The notes: a model not told the origin generated them from the sequence alone. Shown: positions 21,633-32,184, counted from the first letter of the stretch. The stretch: DNA of 64,000 nucleotides from Prevotella sp. (GCA_024682415.1 JAIKZG010000015.1:3519-67518); one strand, 5' to 3'. A program made the numbers and translations.

Positions 21633-22793
21633 ATGAAAACAATAAAAATAGGATTATTGCCTAGGATAATATTCGCTATTATCTTAGGCATTATTTTGGG
21701 CAAAATGTTGCCTGTGTCGGTAATGAGAATCTTTGCCACTTTCAATGGCATCTTTTCGCAGTTTATCGGATTTCTGGTGCCGTTGCTTATCATTGGATTT
21801 GTCACTCCAGCCATTGCCGGAGTGGAAAAACAGGCTGGAAAAATACTTGTCGCCACCGTTGCCGTGTCGTATCTTGATTCGGTGCTTTCGGGATTGATGT
21901 CTTATGGCGTGTCGGCATTTGCTTTCCCACAGGTAATCGATGCTAACTCCACAACAGCGGTGCTATCTCGTGAGGTGAATGAGCTGAAGCCTTATTTCCC
22001 CCTTACCATAAAGCCTCCTTTCGAGGTGATGACATCATTGGTGTTTAGTTTTATGTTGGGTATATGCGTTGCGATGTTCAAACTTGAGAATACAAAGAAT
22101 CTGCTCAATGAATTCAGAATTGTAATCGACAAGACTCTTCGCGGAGCGATGATTCCGCTTCTGCCCATCTATATCTTCGGATTGTTTCTTGATATTTCTC
22201 AGTCAGGACGCGTAAGCACTGTTCTCGGAGCGTTTGCGGGCGTTATCCTCATCATCTTTGCCATGCACGTAGCTTTGCTGTTCTTGCAGTTCTGCATTGC
22301 GGGAAGCATTGCCAAGAAGAATCCTATCAGAATGCTTATCAATATGATGCCGTCTTATTTCACTGCTCTCGGTACAGCTTCGAGCGCAGCCACCATTCCT
22401 ATCACCATGAAGTCGATGGAGAAGAATGGAGTAGACGAGCGTATATCGGGGTTCGTTGCCCCTCTATGTGCCACAATCCACATGAGCGGTTCGGAAATGA
22501 AGATAACGGCATGTGCCGTGGCGTTGATGATAATGCACGGAATGCCATATAATTTCTCACTCTTCCTTGGCTTCTGCTCTCTGCTCGGCATATTTATGAT
22601 TGCCGGTCCAGGTGTGCCGGGAGGAGCTATCATGGCTGCGTTGGGCGTTTTGTCGTCGGTGTTGGGATTCAATGACGAGATGCAGGCACTTATGATTGCC
22701 CTCTACATCGCTATGGATAGTTTCGGCACGGCATGCAATGTCACCGGCGATGGCGCAATTGCTGTGATTATGGATAAGTTTTACAGAAAATAA
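21633..22793 (+). CDS. Dicarboxylate/amino acid:cation symporter (DAACS family)
   Basis: FTALGTASSAATIP, GPGVPGG, DSFGTACNVTGDG. Confidence 0.9.
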   Translation: MKTIKIGLLPRIIFAIILGIILGKMLPVSVMRIFATFNGIFSQFIGFLVPLLIIGFVTPAIAGVEKQAGKILVATVAVSYLDSVLSGLMSYGVSAFAFPQVIDANSTTAVLSREVNELKPYFPLTIKPPFEVMTSLVFSFMLGICVAMFKLENTKNLLNEFRIVIDKTLRGAMIPLLPIYIFGLFLDISQSGRVSTVLGAFAGVILIIFAMHVALLFLQFCIAGSIAKKNPIRMLINMMPSYFTALGTASSAATIPITMKSMEKNGVDERISGFVAPLCATIHMSGSEMKITACAVALMIMHGMPYNFSLFLGFCSLLGIFMIAGPGVPGGAIMAALGVLSSVLGFNDEMQALMIALYIAMDSFGTACNVTGDGAIAVIMDKFYRK

Positions 22794-22810
22794 GCAATAC
22801 AATTATATCC

Positions 22811-24238
22811 GTGGCTGAAGGCAAAGGTTATTCACATATTCTGAAATATACCAGTCTGCTGGGCAGTGTGCAGGGATTGATAATCCTTGTAGGGCTTGTG
22901 CGCCAGAAGTTGGTGGCAATCATTCTCGGTCCTGATGGCGTGGGACTGATTTCCATCTTCAATTCTACTTCTAAGCTTCTCGGTGATGCCACAAATCTCG
23001 GACTGCCTGTAAGCGCGGTGAAGAAAATAAGCGAAGCCTACGAGCAAAAAAACTCTACGAGGATGGAGTTTTTTGTAATGCTGATGCGTTCGTGGTGTCT
23101 GCTCACGGCTATATTGGGCATGGTGGCGTGTGTGGCGCTTGCTCCGCTTATCGATATGCTTACATTCTCATGGGGCAGCCACACCTTGCATTATCTGTTG
23201 CTTTCTCCGATGATAGTCAGTATGGCAATCACAGGTGGAGAATTGGCAATATTAAAAGGCGTAAGACAGTTGGGATGGCTTGCCAAAATCTCGGTTATAA
23301 ATGTTTTCGTAGCATTGCTGTTGTCTATACCTCTATTATATATATGGGGACAGGCGGCTATCGTGCCGTCGTTGGTGATTACGTCTTTTTCGCAGATGGT
23401 TATCACCATAGCTTATTCCTATCGACTTTATAAACCACGCTTTTCTTTTTCGCGCAGAGTGCTCGGCAAAGGCTTTCAGATGATACGCTTGGGGCTTATC
23501 TTGGTCGTGGCAGCTATTGTGGGCAGTGGAGTGGAGTTCGCCATACGCAGTTTTCTTAATAGAGAGGCGAGCCTTGAAGTCGTGGGTTTGTATAATGTAG
23601 GCTATATGATAATCACCACTTGCGCAGCCATTTGTTTTTCAGCTATGGAGAGCGATTATTTCCCTCGCCTTTCTACAGAAAATGGGCATAGCTTCACTAT
23701 GTCGCAGATGGCAAACAGGCAGATAGAGGCTTCTTTGCTTATGGTATTGCCCATGGTGATTGGTATCATCATCTTCGTGCCGTTGCTGTTGCCATTGCTG
23801 TTTAGTTCTCATTTTATGGCAGCTGCTCCTATGGTGCAGATTGCGTCGCTTAGCATTGCTTTTCGCTCCATGTATTTGCCGCTGGCCTATATGCCTTTGG
23901 CACGAGGTGATTATAAAGCATTCTTTGGCTTGGAACTGGTGTCGGGCGTGGGACTGTTCTGCGCCATGGTTCTCGGCTTTATTAGTAATGGGCTGCTTGG
24001 CTCTGGCTTTGCCATCGCATTTGGCTCATTGTTTGATTTCCTTGTCTCGTTTGCATATTCGAAAATCAGATACGGCTATTTATTGTCGGGTAAAGTGTTG
24101 AAAATCATTTGCTTTCATTTGCCATTTGTCGTGGCAGCGTTGATAGTCGCTTTTGCGCTGCATGGCTTTCTGTATTGGTTCTTAGGCTCTGTTTCAATTA
24201 TAATAAGCGCGTTAATCTCTTATAAGTTTTTGAAATAG
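22811..24238 (+). CDS. Wzx-like oligosaccharide flippase (WzxE-like)
   Basis: About 12 TM segments; ILKYTSLLGSVQ...KLVAIILGPDGVGL N-terminus; DYFPRLS. Confidence 0.85.
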   Translation: MAEGKGYSHILKYTSLLGSVQGLIILVGLVRQKLVAIILGPDGVGLISIFNSTSKLLGDATNLGLPVSAVKKISEAYEQKNSTRMEFFVMLMRSWCLLTAILGMVACVALAPLIDMLTFSWGSHTLHYLLLSPMIVSMAITGGELAILKGVRQLGWLAKISVINVFVALLLSIPLLYIWGQAAIVPSLVITSFSQMVITIAYSYRLYKPRFSFSRRVLGKGFQMIRLGLILVVAAIVGSGVEFAIRSFLNREASLEVVGLYNVGYMIITTCAAICFSAMESDYFPRLSTENGHSFTMSQMANRQIEASLLMVLPMVIGIIIFVPLLLPLLFSSHFMAAAPMVQIASLSIAFRSMYLPLAYMPLARGDYKAFFGLELVSGVGLFCAMVLGFISNGLLGSGFAIAFGSLFDFLVSFAYSKIRYGYLLSGKVLKIICFHLPFVVAALIVAFALHGFLYWFLGSVSIIISALISYKFLK

Positions 24239-24280
24239 GAAATACTATTTTTGTGTTACGATTACGCTTTGCATTTGTAG

Positions 24281-24628
24281 TTAGCGCAAAGTTTTAAGTA
24301 TCTTCTTAGGAAGTTTTGATTTCACGAGTTCGTAGGAACGCCGTATCCATTCTTTCACATTCTCATCATCAATGGTTTCGAGATAAATGTCATTCCAATG
24401 CTGCTTGTTGAGATGATAGGCTGGCTGCACTCCGTCGTAATGTTCGCGCAGCTGCATGCCGAAGTCTGGCTCTAATTTTATGGCGCATGTAGGCTCTGGA
24501 GCTTCCAGCCAAATGTGCATGAATATCTTTCCGCCAATGCGGAATATAAGCCAGTCTGCCCCATATGGCATATCCTCTGTGGCGAAAGGTAGCGTCAGCG
24601 CGTATTCTCTTACTTGTTCTATATCCAT
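24281..24628 (-). CDS. MmcQ/YjbR family protein
   Basis: FRIGGKIF, PAYHLNKQHWN, IRRSYELV. Confidence 0.9.
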   Translation of the reverse strand: MDIEQVREYALTLPFATEDMPYGADWLIFRIGGKIFMHIWLEAPEPTCAIKLEPDFGMQLREHYDGVQPAYHLNKQHWNDIYLETIDDENVKEWIRRSYELVKSKLPKKILKTLR

Positions 24629-24795
24629 AGTCTGTTTATAATCTTTGTGAGATATATGTTTTCAGCAAAGTTACATCTTTTTGCCTTTATGTGATAAATC
24701 GTGTACGGATTTTTTTCTGCATATAGGCTTCTCGTGTGCTTGACGCAATCAAGTATTTTATTTAAATTTGCATTGTTAATATTAAACATAGAATT

Positions 24796-25776
24796 ATGAA
24801 TAAATGGTTATTATCCGTCATGGTCTTGCTCGGTGTTTCGTTGAGCAGTATGGCGCAGAATGTTGCTTCCCACGTGAATGAAGCTAAGGCAAAAGTTTAT
24901 TTTGTGGAAGATATTACTCCTGAAAGTCTTATAAAAGTGTATAAGGCTTTGGGAAGAGAAATAAAGGGCAAGAAGGTAGCCGTGAAAATCAGCACAGGCG
25001 AGCAGGGCGGCAACAATTATTTAAAACCGCAGCTAATAAAAGATTTTGTGAAAAGCGTGAAAGGCGTGATTGTGGAATGCAATACCGCTTATGGTGGTTC
25101 GCGCGGCACTACGTCTGATCATCGTAAGACTATTGCCAATCATGGCTTTGACAAGATAGCGAAAGTGGACATCATGGATGAGTTTGGCGAAACAATGATT
25201 CCTGTTCCTGATGGCTCAAAGGTGTTGAAGACGGATATAGTAGGGCAGTCGATGCTTGATTATGATTTCATGGTGGTGTTGAGCCATTTCAAGGGGCACG
25301 CAATGGGCGGTTTCGGCGGAGCGTTGAAAAATCTCTCTATAGGTTGCGCATCTACTAATGGTAAGGCATATATTCATACGGGCGGAAAAGACCGTGAATT
25401 GCAGAGCGACTCATGGAGTAAGGAAAAGCTTGCCGGAATTGACGAGTTTAAAGACGCTATGGCTGAGGCTGCCGGCGCTGTTGTCAATCATTTTGGCGAC
25501 AGAATAATATATATCAATGTGATAAACAATCTTAGCGTAGACTGCGATTGCGACAGCCATCCTGCAGAGCCAAAGATGAAGAATGTGGGAATTGTGGCAA
25601 GCACAGATCCAGTGGCTATTGACCAGGCGTGCGTGGATATGGTTTTCAATAGTAATGATCCCGGCAATCGCGACTTGGTGGAGCGTATTGTGAGCCGTCA
25701 TGGCACAAGAATTCTTTATTGGGCGCAGAAAATAAATGTAGGCTCACGAGATTATGAGCTTGTGCATGTGAAATGA
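24796..25776 (+). CDS. DUF362 domain protein (putative Fe-S), signal peptide
   Basis: VAVKISTGE, ECNTAYGGSR, LSHFKGHAMGGFGGALKN, SVDCDCD, ASTDPVAIDQAC. Confidence 0.87.
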   Translation: MNKWLLSVMVLLGVSLSSMAQNVASHVNEAKAKVYFVEDITPESLIKVYKALGREIKGKKVAVKISTGEQGGNNYLKPQLIKDFVKSVKGVIVECNTAYGGSRGTTSDHRKTIANHGFDKIAKVDIMDEFGETMIPVPDGSKVLKTDIVGQSMLDYDFMVVLSHFKGHAMGGFGGALKNLSIGCASTNGKAYIHTGGKDRELQSDSWSKEKLAGIDEFKDAMAEAAGAVVNHFGDRIIYINVINNLSVDCDCDSHPAEPKMKNVGIVASTDPVAIDQACVDMVFNSNDPGNRDLVERIVSRHGTRILYWAQKINVGSRDYELVHVK

Positions 25777-25893
25777 TAAGCACACTCTCTTCCTCATTAA
25801 AACTTTTGCGAGGTACGCAAATTAAGAGTGAGGAATAGTTTGCGGATGTGCAATTTTTTAGTGGGGAATAGTTTTGCGGGCATGCAAAAACAA

Positions 25894-25935
25894 AAATGCG
25901 TTTATTCGTATATGCAACTACGAATAAACGCATTT
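25894..25935. terminator. Terminator between convergent DUF362 and rpmE2 genes
   Basis: Perfect 17-bp inverted repeat AAATGCGTTTATTCGTA / TACGAATAAACGCATTT. Confidence 0.8.
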
Positions 25936-25993
25936 CCTTTCAGTTTTCGTAAAACCGATAAATATCTTTCAGAAAAAGATAATCAATTCGTTT

Positions 25994-26245
25994 TTACTTC
26001 TTCAACTTGCCGTAGCGGTTCATGAAGCGATCAACGCGACCTGCTGTATCAACAAGCTTGTTCTTACCTGTGTAGAATGGGTGAGAAGTGCTTGAGATTT
26101 CGACTTTTACCACTGGGTAAGTTTCGCCTTCAAATTCTACTGTATCGTTTGTCTTGCAAGTAGACTTTGTAAGGAACATATCGCCGTTGGACATATCCTT
26201 GAATACGACGGGGCGATAGTTTTCTGGATGAATACCTTTTTTCAT
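25994..26245 (-). CDS. rpmE2: 50S ribosomal protein L31 type B
   Basis: [17 protein letters not shown]...[13 protein letters not shown]...AGRVDRF; no CxxC zinc ligands. Confidence 0.96.
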   Translation of the reverse strand: MKKGIHPENYRPVVFKDMSNGDMFLTKSTCKTNDTVEFEGETYPVVKVEISSTSHPFYTGKNKLVDTAGRVDRFMNRYGKLKK

Positions 26246-26346
26246 TTTCTTTTATTGTTTAAATTTAAACGTATTTCTGTAACCATAGGTTACGGGCTGC
26301 AAAAGTAATAACTTTATCTGTATTAAGCAAATAAATCATGGAGTTT

Positions 26347-27303
26347 TTACAGCTTGACGCTTGAAATATCAACCAAATTATTCACTATCGCATATATCGT
26401 CAATCCCGCAGAACTGTGTATCTGCAATTTCTTCGCGATGTTTCGGCGATGGGTAATCACGGTGTTGATAGATATGAACAGATGGTCGGCAATCTGTTTG
26501 TTGGTCATGCCCTCCACAATGCATATTATAACATCTTTCTCGCGGTCGCTCAAAGCTTCGGCCGACTGGCTGCCAGGCACTATCATGCGTGAAATGTTGG
26601 CAGAAACATCGCTCTTGTGGAGTCTGTTTTCCAATTTTCTAATTGACGGGATAAAAATCTCGTCTTCCACTTTCGCGTGTTGCGCGAGCCATTCCTCGCA
26701 GTTGTGAATGTCGTAGAGTGTGGCAGATAGCTGGTTGTTGTGCAGTCCGTCGCTCGGTAAGTATTTTATGATGATGTCTTTTAGCTCTGACAGCTTTTGG
26801 TCTATTGCCGTGTGATGTTTTGAGAATGTGTCAATATCATATTTGCCTGTGATATTGCCGTTAAGCAGCTCGTCCACATAGGGGAACACAGTCTTGCCTT
26901 CGTATGTCATGTGATTTATTACGGCGTGAGCGTAATTGTCGTATAGCTTCAGTATCAGGCGTGCCAGATTGTCATTCTCATCGAGAGCTTCTTTCAGTTC
27001 CTTGCGGATAAAAGGCAGTTCAAAATCGATGTAATATTCATGCGACGCTTTTAGATAATGCAAAAGGGTAGGGATAGAAAGCTTGTTTTCTTCGTCCCTT
27101 TCCAAATATCCGTTTATCGTGAAATTTACGACAGCGAGGAATGTGTGTGTATCTACGCCCTGCGATTCGCATACTTCATTTACGGTCTTATCTCCAAAGC
27201 CGAGATTTATGCCGAAACTTCCCAGGCTTTGCAGTATGTTGTAGTTGTCTCTGATAATGGAGATGAGCTTGTCATCTGCCTCATACATCTTTTGATTTTT
27301 CAT
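26347..27303 (-). CDS. Transcriptional regulator: RIC/ScdA-like N-domain + hemerythrin-like domain + LuxR HTH
   Basis: Likely start MKNQKMYE at 27303; FGINLGFGDKTVNEVC, HYLKASHEYY, NHMTYE, HAKVEDEIFIP; C-terminal LSDREKDV...TNKQIADHLFISINTVITHRRNI. Confidence 0.85.
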   Translation of the reverse strand: MKNQKMYEADDKLISIIRDNYNILQSLGSFGINLGFGDKTVNEVCESQGVDTHTFLAVVNFTINGYLERDEENKLSIPTLLHYLKASHEYYIDFELPFIRKELKEALDENDNLARLILKLYDNYAHAVINHMTYEGKTVFPYVDELLNGNITGKYDIDTFSKHHTAIDQKLSELKDIIIKYLPSDGLHNNQLSATLYDIHNCEEWLAQHAKVEDEIFIPSIRKLENRLHKSDVSANISRMIVPGSQSAEALSDREKDVIICIVEGMTNKQIADHLFISINTVITHRRNIAKKLQIHSSAGLTIYAIVNNLVDISSVKL

Positions 27304-27452
27304 GCTCTCTATAAATTCATAATGTTTTATTATGATGCTGCAAAAGTATAAAAAAATGAGGAATAAAAAAGCTCGCGCCATGTATTTATTTATAAAAAGG
27401 CTTTCAGATACTTATTTATGTGTAGTAAGGAGCATTGCGCAATGCGTGCCGA

Positions 27453-27524
27453 TACCTAAAAATGGGGATGGCTTATTTACTAATTTTTGAGTATTGCAAA
27501 GATTTTTTAACCTCCTTACTTTTG
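27453..27524 (+). promoter_or_regulatory. Two NarL/LuxR-type 7-2-7 sites and the promoter of the porin-imelysin operon
   Basis: TACCTAA-AA-ATGGGGA (27453-27468) and TACTAAT-TT-TTGAGTA (27478-27493), then ATTG, 20-bp spacer, TACTTTTG (27517-27524). Confidence 0.6.
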
Positions 27525-27599
27525 CAGTCGCCTTTTGGCATGAAAGGCGCAAAGGTTGATATTTAAGGATTTATATAAAAATATAGTGTAGATAATAAG

Positions 27600-28946
27600 A
27601 TGAAAACAAAAGTTAAGACAGCGCTGCTTACTATGGCGTTGGCTGCGTCGGTGGAAGCGTCGTTTGCTCAGGTAAATACGGCAGACAGCGTGATGAGTCA
27701 TGCCGGAGGTCGTAAATTCAGCATAGGCGGTTATGGCGAGGTGGCAATGAGTCGTAATTTCTATAGCGACAACATTTACCGTTATTCAAATGCTAAGCAA
27801 TACAAGCACGATCCGAGCCATGGACGTTTTGACATTCCCCATGTATGTATTTATATGGGTTATGATTTCGGTAAAGGTTGGACTATGGGCTCTGAAATAG
27901 AGTTTGAGCATACAGGCACAGGAAGTGCCAATGAGCAGGAGTTTGAGGAAGCCGGCGAATGGGAACAGGAAGTAGAGAAAGGTGGAGAAGTGGAGCTTGA
28001 GCAGTTTTGGCTGCAAAAATCGTTTGGCCGTTGGGCTAATATTAGAATAGGTCATATCGTAGTACCTGTGGGCTTAAACAATGCTCATCACGAACCGCTC
28101 AATTTCTTCACAGTCTATCGCCCGGAGGGAGAAAACGCTATTCTGCCGAGTACATGGCATGATACAGGTATTAGCTTTTGGGGGCGCAAAGGTGATTTTC
28201 GCTATGAAGTGCAGTTTCTTGCCGGGCTTGATGCTATGAATTTCAATCGTGACGGATGGGTTAATAGTGGAGCAGGCTCTTCGTTTGAGTTTAAGGTGGC
28301 AAATAAATATGGATTTGCCGCGAGAATAGACAATTACAGCGTGAAGGGATTGCGCTTGGGGTTAAGCGGATATTATGGCAAGGCAATGCACAACAGCTAT
28401 CCTCATGATTTGGAGGGTGACCTTTATGATAAGAATGGCAACTTCACAGGCGAGAAAAAGAGATATGATGGCGTGAAGGGAACAGTGGCTATCGGTTCAT
28501 TTGACTTTACATTCAATCGCTTCAATTGGATAGTGCGTGGCAATGCCGATTACGGATATGTAGGCGATGCCGCGACAATAAGCGACATTAAGCAAAACCG
28601 CACATCAAATAAAGCTCCGTATCAGAAAACTCCTGTTGGCAAAAACGCTGTCGCCGTTGGAATAGAGGCTGGCTATGACGTATTCTCGCAGATAGGCAAG
28701 ATGCGTGCCGAAAATAAGAAAATGTATGTGTTCGGTCGATATGAATACTATGATTCTTATATCCCTGAAAGTGGTCAGCAGCGATATGATTTCACTGATA
28801 AAAGGCGCATGGCAGTGGGACTGAATTATTACCCTTTGCCACAGATTGCGGTAAAGGCGGAATATTCACGCCGACTTCTTAAAAGCCAATACAACGATGA
28901 GCCTTCTGTTTCTATCGGCATAGCTTATGAGGGATTCTTCTTGTAA
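27600..28946 (+). CDS. Outer-membrane beta-barrel/porin-like protein
   Basis: Signal peptide, GGYGE, SEIEFEH, GGEVELEQFW, acidic loop, terminal beta-strand SIGIAYEGFFL. Confidence 0.75.
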   Translation: MKTKVKTALLTMALAASVEASFAQVNTADSVMSHAGGRKFSIGGYGEVAMSRNFYSDNIYRYSNAKQYKHDPSHGRFDIPHVCIYMGYDFGKGWTMGSEIEFEHTGTGSANEQEFEEAGEWEQEVEKGGEVELEQFWLQKSFGRWANIRIGHIVVPVGLNNAHHEPLNFFTVYRPEGENAILPSTWHDTGISFWGRKGDFRYEVQFLAGLDAMNFNRDGWVNSGAGSSFEFKVANKYGFAARIDNYSVKGLRLGLSGYYGKAMHNSYPHDLEGDLYDKNGNFTGEKKRYDGVKGTVAIGSFDFTFNRFNWIVRGNADYGYVGDAATISDIKQNRTSNKAPYQKTPVGKNAVAVGIEAGYDVFSQIGKMRAENKKMYVFGRYEYYDSYIPESGQQRYDFTDKRRMAVGLNYYPLPQIAVKAEYSRRLLKSQYNDEPSVSIGIAYEGFFL

Positions 28947-28952
28947 GAGCTT

Positions 28953-28997
28953 CTTAGGCTGCCTATGATTCTTAGGAATCTTAAGAATCCTATAACA
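28953..28997. repeat. Short 9-bp-period intergenic repeat
   Basis: cttaggctg-cctatgatt-cttaggaat-cttaagaat-cctataaca. Confidence 0.55.
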
Positions 28998-29032
28998 GAG
29001 AACTAAAAAATCAATAATAAAAAAACTAAAAA

Positions 29033-30301
29033 ATGAAAAAGAATTTTTTGAAACTTCCTTTGTTCCTTGCTTTGGGGGCAATGGTTACTTTCGGCTTGTC
29101 ATCATGCAGCGATAGTGATGACAACAACGGAGCAGAAACTCGCCTTACGGCTAATGAGCTGGCTATGGGTAAGGCGACAGAGCAGTATGTAAACAACACT
29201 GTATATACTATCTATGGCAAACTTGCTGCTTCTACAGGCACGCTCTTTGAGGATGTGCAGGCCTTGCGTGATAAGTTTGTGAAAGACCCTTCAAGCGTGA
29301 GCCAGAGCGATATTGATAAAGTGTGTGAGCAGTTTAAGGACGCTCGTAAGCTATATGAGTGCAGCGAGGCATTCCTTTTTGGCGCTGCCACTGATTTCGG
29401 AATAGATCCTCATATTGATACGTGGCCTCTCGACCTCGACGGATTGGCAACAGCACTTTCAAATAAGAGTCAGCTTGCTAAGTTCAGCACAGATGACGAC
29501 GATGCCAACATAGCTTATGCCGCAGGAAAGATGGGGCAGGAGCTTCTCGGCTTCCATGGTTTGGAGTTTGTGCTTTTCCGTAATGGCGCTAACCGCACTG
29601 TGGAATCATTGAAGGCTAACGAGAGCGATGAGGCTTTCAAGAATATCACCGTTACGGGCAAGGAGGAACTTTATTATGCCGTAGCCGTTGCAGGCGATTT
29701 GCGTGATCGTTGCTGGCAGATGGAAGTGGCATGGAACGACAAAGCTCCACAGGCTCACATCGACAGAGTGGAGGAACTTGAGCTTTCTACCGTGGCAAGC
29801 AACAGCAGCATGTCGTATGGCGACAATATGCTCTCAGCCACTCAGCTTGGCAGCACTTATAAGACATGGCAGCAGACAATGGTCGCTATATGCAGTGCCG
29901 GATGCGAAAACATAGCTAAGGAGGTGGCAAACACAAAGATTGGCAATCCTTATTCAGGTCAGGACGCTAACTACATAGAATCTCCTTACAGCCAGCGTTC
30001 GTTTATAGATTTCGAGGATAATCTGCTTTCTATTCAGTATTCTCTTTATGGAGGTTATGAGCTTACCGCTCCTCACGCCAATTCTGTGATGGGCTATATG
30101 CAAAATCACGATGCAGAGCAGGCCGCTAAGCTTGATAACGATTTGAAGGCTGCCATCGCTGCAATCAAAGAATGCCAGAAGTTGAATGGCGGCTTCGTGA
30201 ATAACATCAGCAATCCTCTTGTAGGCACTGCTCAGAAAGCTGTGCAGGCTCTCGACAATGACTTGGTTAAGGCAGGTGAGTGGTTTGCCAATCAGAAATA
30301 A
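29033..30301 (+). CDS. Imelysin-like (peptidase M75 family) lipoprotein, putative iron binding
   Basis: Lipobox LSSC; EAFLFGAA, IDPHIDTWP, GFHGLE (HxxE motif), EVANTKIGNP, IESPYS. Confidence 0.88.
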   Translation: MKKNFLKLPLFLALGAMVTFGLSSCSDSDDNNGAETRLTANELAMGKATEQYVNNTVYTIYGKLAASTGTLFEDVQALRDKFVKDPSSVSQSDIDKVCEQFKDARKLYECSEAFLFGAATDFGIDPHIDTWPLDLDGLATALSNKSQLAKFSTDDDDANIAYAAGKMGQELLGFHGLEFVLFRNGANRTVESLKANESDEAFKNITVTGKEELYYAVAVAGDLRDRCWQMEVAWNDKAPQAHIDRVEELELSTVASNSSMSYGDNMLSATQLGSTYKTWQQTMVAICSAGCENIAKEVANTKIGNPYSGQDANYIESPYSQRSFIDFEDNLLSIQYSLYGGYELTAPHANSVMGYMQNHDAEQAAKLDNDLKAAIAAIKECQKLNGGFVNNISNPLVGTAQKAVQALDNDLVKAGEWFANQK

Positions 30302-30365
30302 GCGGTAGACTTTTGTGTTTACCCTGTTGTTAATAATGAAGTTTCTTATTGTATAAAAACAATAT

Positions 30366-32078
30366 ATGAACAACAGAATTTTCGCATATATAATGATGGG
30401 AGGTCTGGCTTCTTGCCTCGCCTCCTGTCATGATGATAATGAGCCAGTGGAAACAAGCAAGCTGGAGGCTGAGTATATCGGCACGCGAGTGGGCAACTTT
30501 GATGCTTCTGAATGGTATCCAGGCGGTGAACTCGGCACTACCAACAATGTAGGCTCAGGCTGTTATGAAGATGAAACAGAGGCAGTGAACAATCAGGGGT
30601 TGCTCACTCAGTTTAATTTGGGTGAAGCGATGTTTGAGCGCAATTTCACTATAGGCACAGCTCCTTTTATGGGACTTGGCCCTGCCTATCTGCGCTCTTC
30701 ATGCCTGGATTGTCATCCCGGATATGGACATGGCAAGCGTCAGATGAATTATAAGGCTACATATAGCAATGGCTATCTGCTCGCTATCTATCATCCTAAT
30801 GCAGACAACAGCGATAACCCCGACGGAACAGAGAGCAACTGTGGCGCTTACATATCTGAGGTTACAGGTATGCCGCAGACTATGGCTACAGCTCCTTTCC
30901 TTCCTCCTATTGACGACGAGCAGATTAAGATAGAGTGGAAAACGGTTACGGCAATGCAGAGCGGGCTGCCTATGCAGTTTCCCGATGGTGAAAAATATGA
31001 GTTGATTTATCCAGAGGTAACAATACCTACAACAGCTTTCAACACCAAACCGCAGCCTTCGAATATCGCTGTGCGCCTGGAATCTACAATAGGCGTTATC
31101 GGCACAGGCCTTATCGATGCTATTCCCCAAGATTCAATTATAGCACAGTATGAGAATGAGGCAGCTCACGCTAAACTCAACCCTGCTTTCTGGAACGCAG
31201 AGACAAAGACTATGGCAGACGGAGCATGGTATAAGTTCTCCGTGCCTGGTCATTCAGCAAGCGGAAAGGCTATTGATAAGTTGCTCAAGCGATATACTTA
31301 TGCCCTCACTCGCGCTTCTTTACAAGATGGCCCAGGAGCTAATGCCGTATGGAATATCACAAATGTGAGCCGCTCTGATCGTCATTTCCTCTACAGCACT
31401 CTAGCGTGGGCAGACGCTATGGCTGAGAACAGCAGCGTTATCTCTTCCATAAAGAGCAATCCCTCTTCGCCTTATTATGCCGACGGCACGGAAACAGGCA
31501 TTGCCGATGCAGTGAAGAATCTGCTTTCGCCAAATACTGACCAGATGAATAATAAATGGCACAATTTTGAGCAGGAAATGAGCGACAACAATTTCTACGC
31601 CTTCATGGTGTGGCATCGTGGTTTGGCCATTCCTCGCGCGCGTAATCTCAACGACAAGGATGTGCAGCGTGGCAAGGAGTTGTTTGCCCAGATGAGGTGT
31701 ACGGCGTGCCATCGTCCTAAATGGACTACGGGCGACGACGACTATTGGGTGTCGGATAACATAAAAGGGCGTCCGTTGCCAAAATATCCTCACCAGACCA
31801 TTTATCCTTATTCCGACTTCATTCAGCACCGATTGTTTATGGTGAATGATATTCATGGCTCATGGTGTCGCACCACTCCTTTGTGGGGACGTGGATTGAG
31901 CCTTACAAACACCGGCGCTGAAGACAGACTGCACGATTGTCGCGCGAGAAATGAGGTTGAGGCTATCATGTGGCATGCCTACAGCAAAAACAGCGATGCC
32001 TATTTCTCTGCTTCTCAGTTTTATAATCTGAGCAAGAAAGACAGGGATGCCGTCGTGAAGTTCTTGCGCTCTATATAG
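30366..32078 (+). CDS. Di-haem oxidoreductase family (DHOR/DUF1111) lipoprotein
   Basis: Lipobox LASC; two haem-c motifs CLDCH and CTACH; GLGP, GTGLIDAI, PYSDFIQH, RTTPLWG, LHDCRAR, EAIMWH. Confidence 0.88.
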   Translation: MNNRIFAYIMMGGLASCLASCHDDNEPVETSKLEAEYIGTRVGNFDASEWYPGGELGTTNNVGSGCYEDETEAVNNQGLLTQFNLGEAMFERNFTIGTAPFMGLGPAYLRSSCLDCHPGYGHGKRQMNYKATYSNGYLLAIYHPNADNSDNPDGTESNCGAYISEVTGMPQTMATAPFLPPIDDEQIKIEWKTVTAMQSGLPMQFPDGEKYELIYPEVTIPTTAFNTKPQPSNIAVRLESTIGVIGTGLIDAIPQDSIIAQYENEAAHAKLNPAFWNAETKTMADGAWYKFSVPGHSASGKAIDKLLKRYTYALTRASLQDGPGANAVWNITNVSRSDRHFLYSTLAWADAMAENSSVISSIKSNPSSPYYADGTETGIADAVKNLLSPNTDQMNNKWHNFEQEMSDNNFYAFMVWHRGLAIPRARNLNDKDVQRGKELFAQMRCTACHRPKWTTGDDDYWVSDNIKGRPLPKYPHQTIYPYSDFIQHRLFMVNDIHGSWCRTTPLWGRGLSLTNTGAEDRLHDCRARNEVEAIMWHAYSKNSDAYFSASQFYNLSKKDRDAVVKFLRSI

Positions 32079-32184
32079 CGAAACGCGTATATATATTAAT
32101 GAGAATATAAAATTATTGTTTCTCGTATTTTCACTTTTTATAAGTTACAGCATTTAGTATTAATTTTTTTAATCAAAACAGGAG

